Shown one piece after another: positions 63,601-64,000 of a stretch of DNA of 64,000 bases. The DNA comes from Nemertoderma westbladi (lineage: Eukaryota > Animalia > Xenacoelomorpha). The notes under the pieces are model-generated. The model did not search any database, was not told the DNA's origin, and saw nothing but the letters and a program-made list of their open reading frames with translations. How positions within the stretch are numbered: the first letter of the stretch is position 1; each line of letters begins with the position of its first letter. Position numbers and translations under genes: made by a program. The stretch lies in NCBI GenBank assembly GCA_032718475.1, contig JAUCBJ010005427.1, positions 1 through 64,000 of the forward strand. Reading direction: 5' to 3'.

Positions 63601-64000
63601 TCTGGTGTAGCTAATTATAGTATATCGGGTCTGGTGTAGCTAATTATAGTATCTCTGGTCTGGTGTAGCTAATTATAGTATATCGGGTCTGGTGTAGCTG
63701 ATTATAGTATCTCGGGTCTGGTGTAGCTAATTATAGTATCTCGGGTCTGGTGTAGCTAATTATAGTATATCGGGTCTGGTGTAGCTAATTATCGTATATC
63801 GGGTCTGGTGTAGCTAATTATAGTATCTCGGGTCTGGTGTAGCTAATTATAGTATATCGGGTCTGGTGTAGCTAATTATAGTATATCGAGTCTGGTGTAG
63901 CTAATTATAGTATATCGGGTCTGGTGTAGCTAATTATAGTATCTCGGGTCTGGTGTAGCTAATTATAGTATCTCGGGTCTGGTGTAGCTAATTATAGTAT
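48666..64000. repeat. 29-bp satellite, >500 copies, runs off the right edge
   Basis: Unit TATAGTAT(A/C)TC(G/T)GGTCTGGTGTAGCT(A/G)AT; variant patterns recur at multiples of 29. Confidence 0.99.

Overview
Eukaryotic (invertebrate-animal-like), AT-rich, repeat-dense window; roughly 60% is tandem repeat by my tally. It holds three host genes. (1) The last three recognisable coding exons of a YAP/Yorkie-family gene on + (9231-9570, 9737-10027, 16315-16449), with the coiled coil, the LATS site plus phosphodegron HARQESGDSGLS, and a C-terminus ending ...CLDEWL. (2) An intronless type-II membrane fibrinogen-related (FReD) gene on - (28594-29532). (3) An intronless CYP2-clan P450 on + (41842-43302). 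Mobile DNA includes a frameshifted APE-RT LINE with a partial tandem duplication and large (TAAC)n arrays, a decayed L2-like LINE whose RT start has expanded into a 110-copy 39-bp minisatellite, a TA-flanked foldback MITE, a tRNA-derived SINE, a hAT MITE (8-bp TSD), an RTE fragment, a piggyBac 5' remnant, a MULE-like element (9-bp TSD) carrying an E-box array, and a Merlin-like foldback made entirely of an inverted satellite just after the CYP stop. A 29-bp satellite with higher-order duplications fills the last 15 kb. The long repetitive ORFs in the track are repeat artefacts. I found no clear multi-gene novel system. The best leads are satellite-birth events and repeats that coincide with RNA-processing signals of the host genes.
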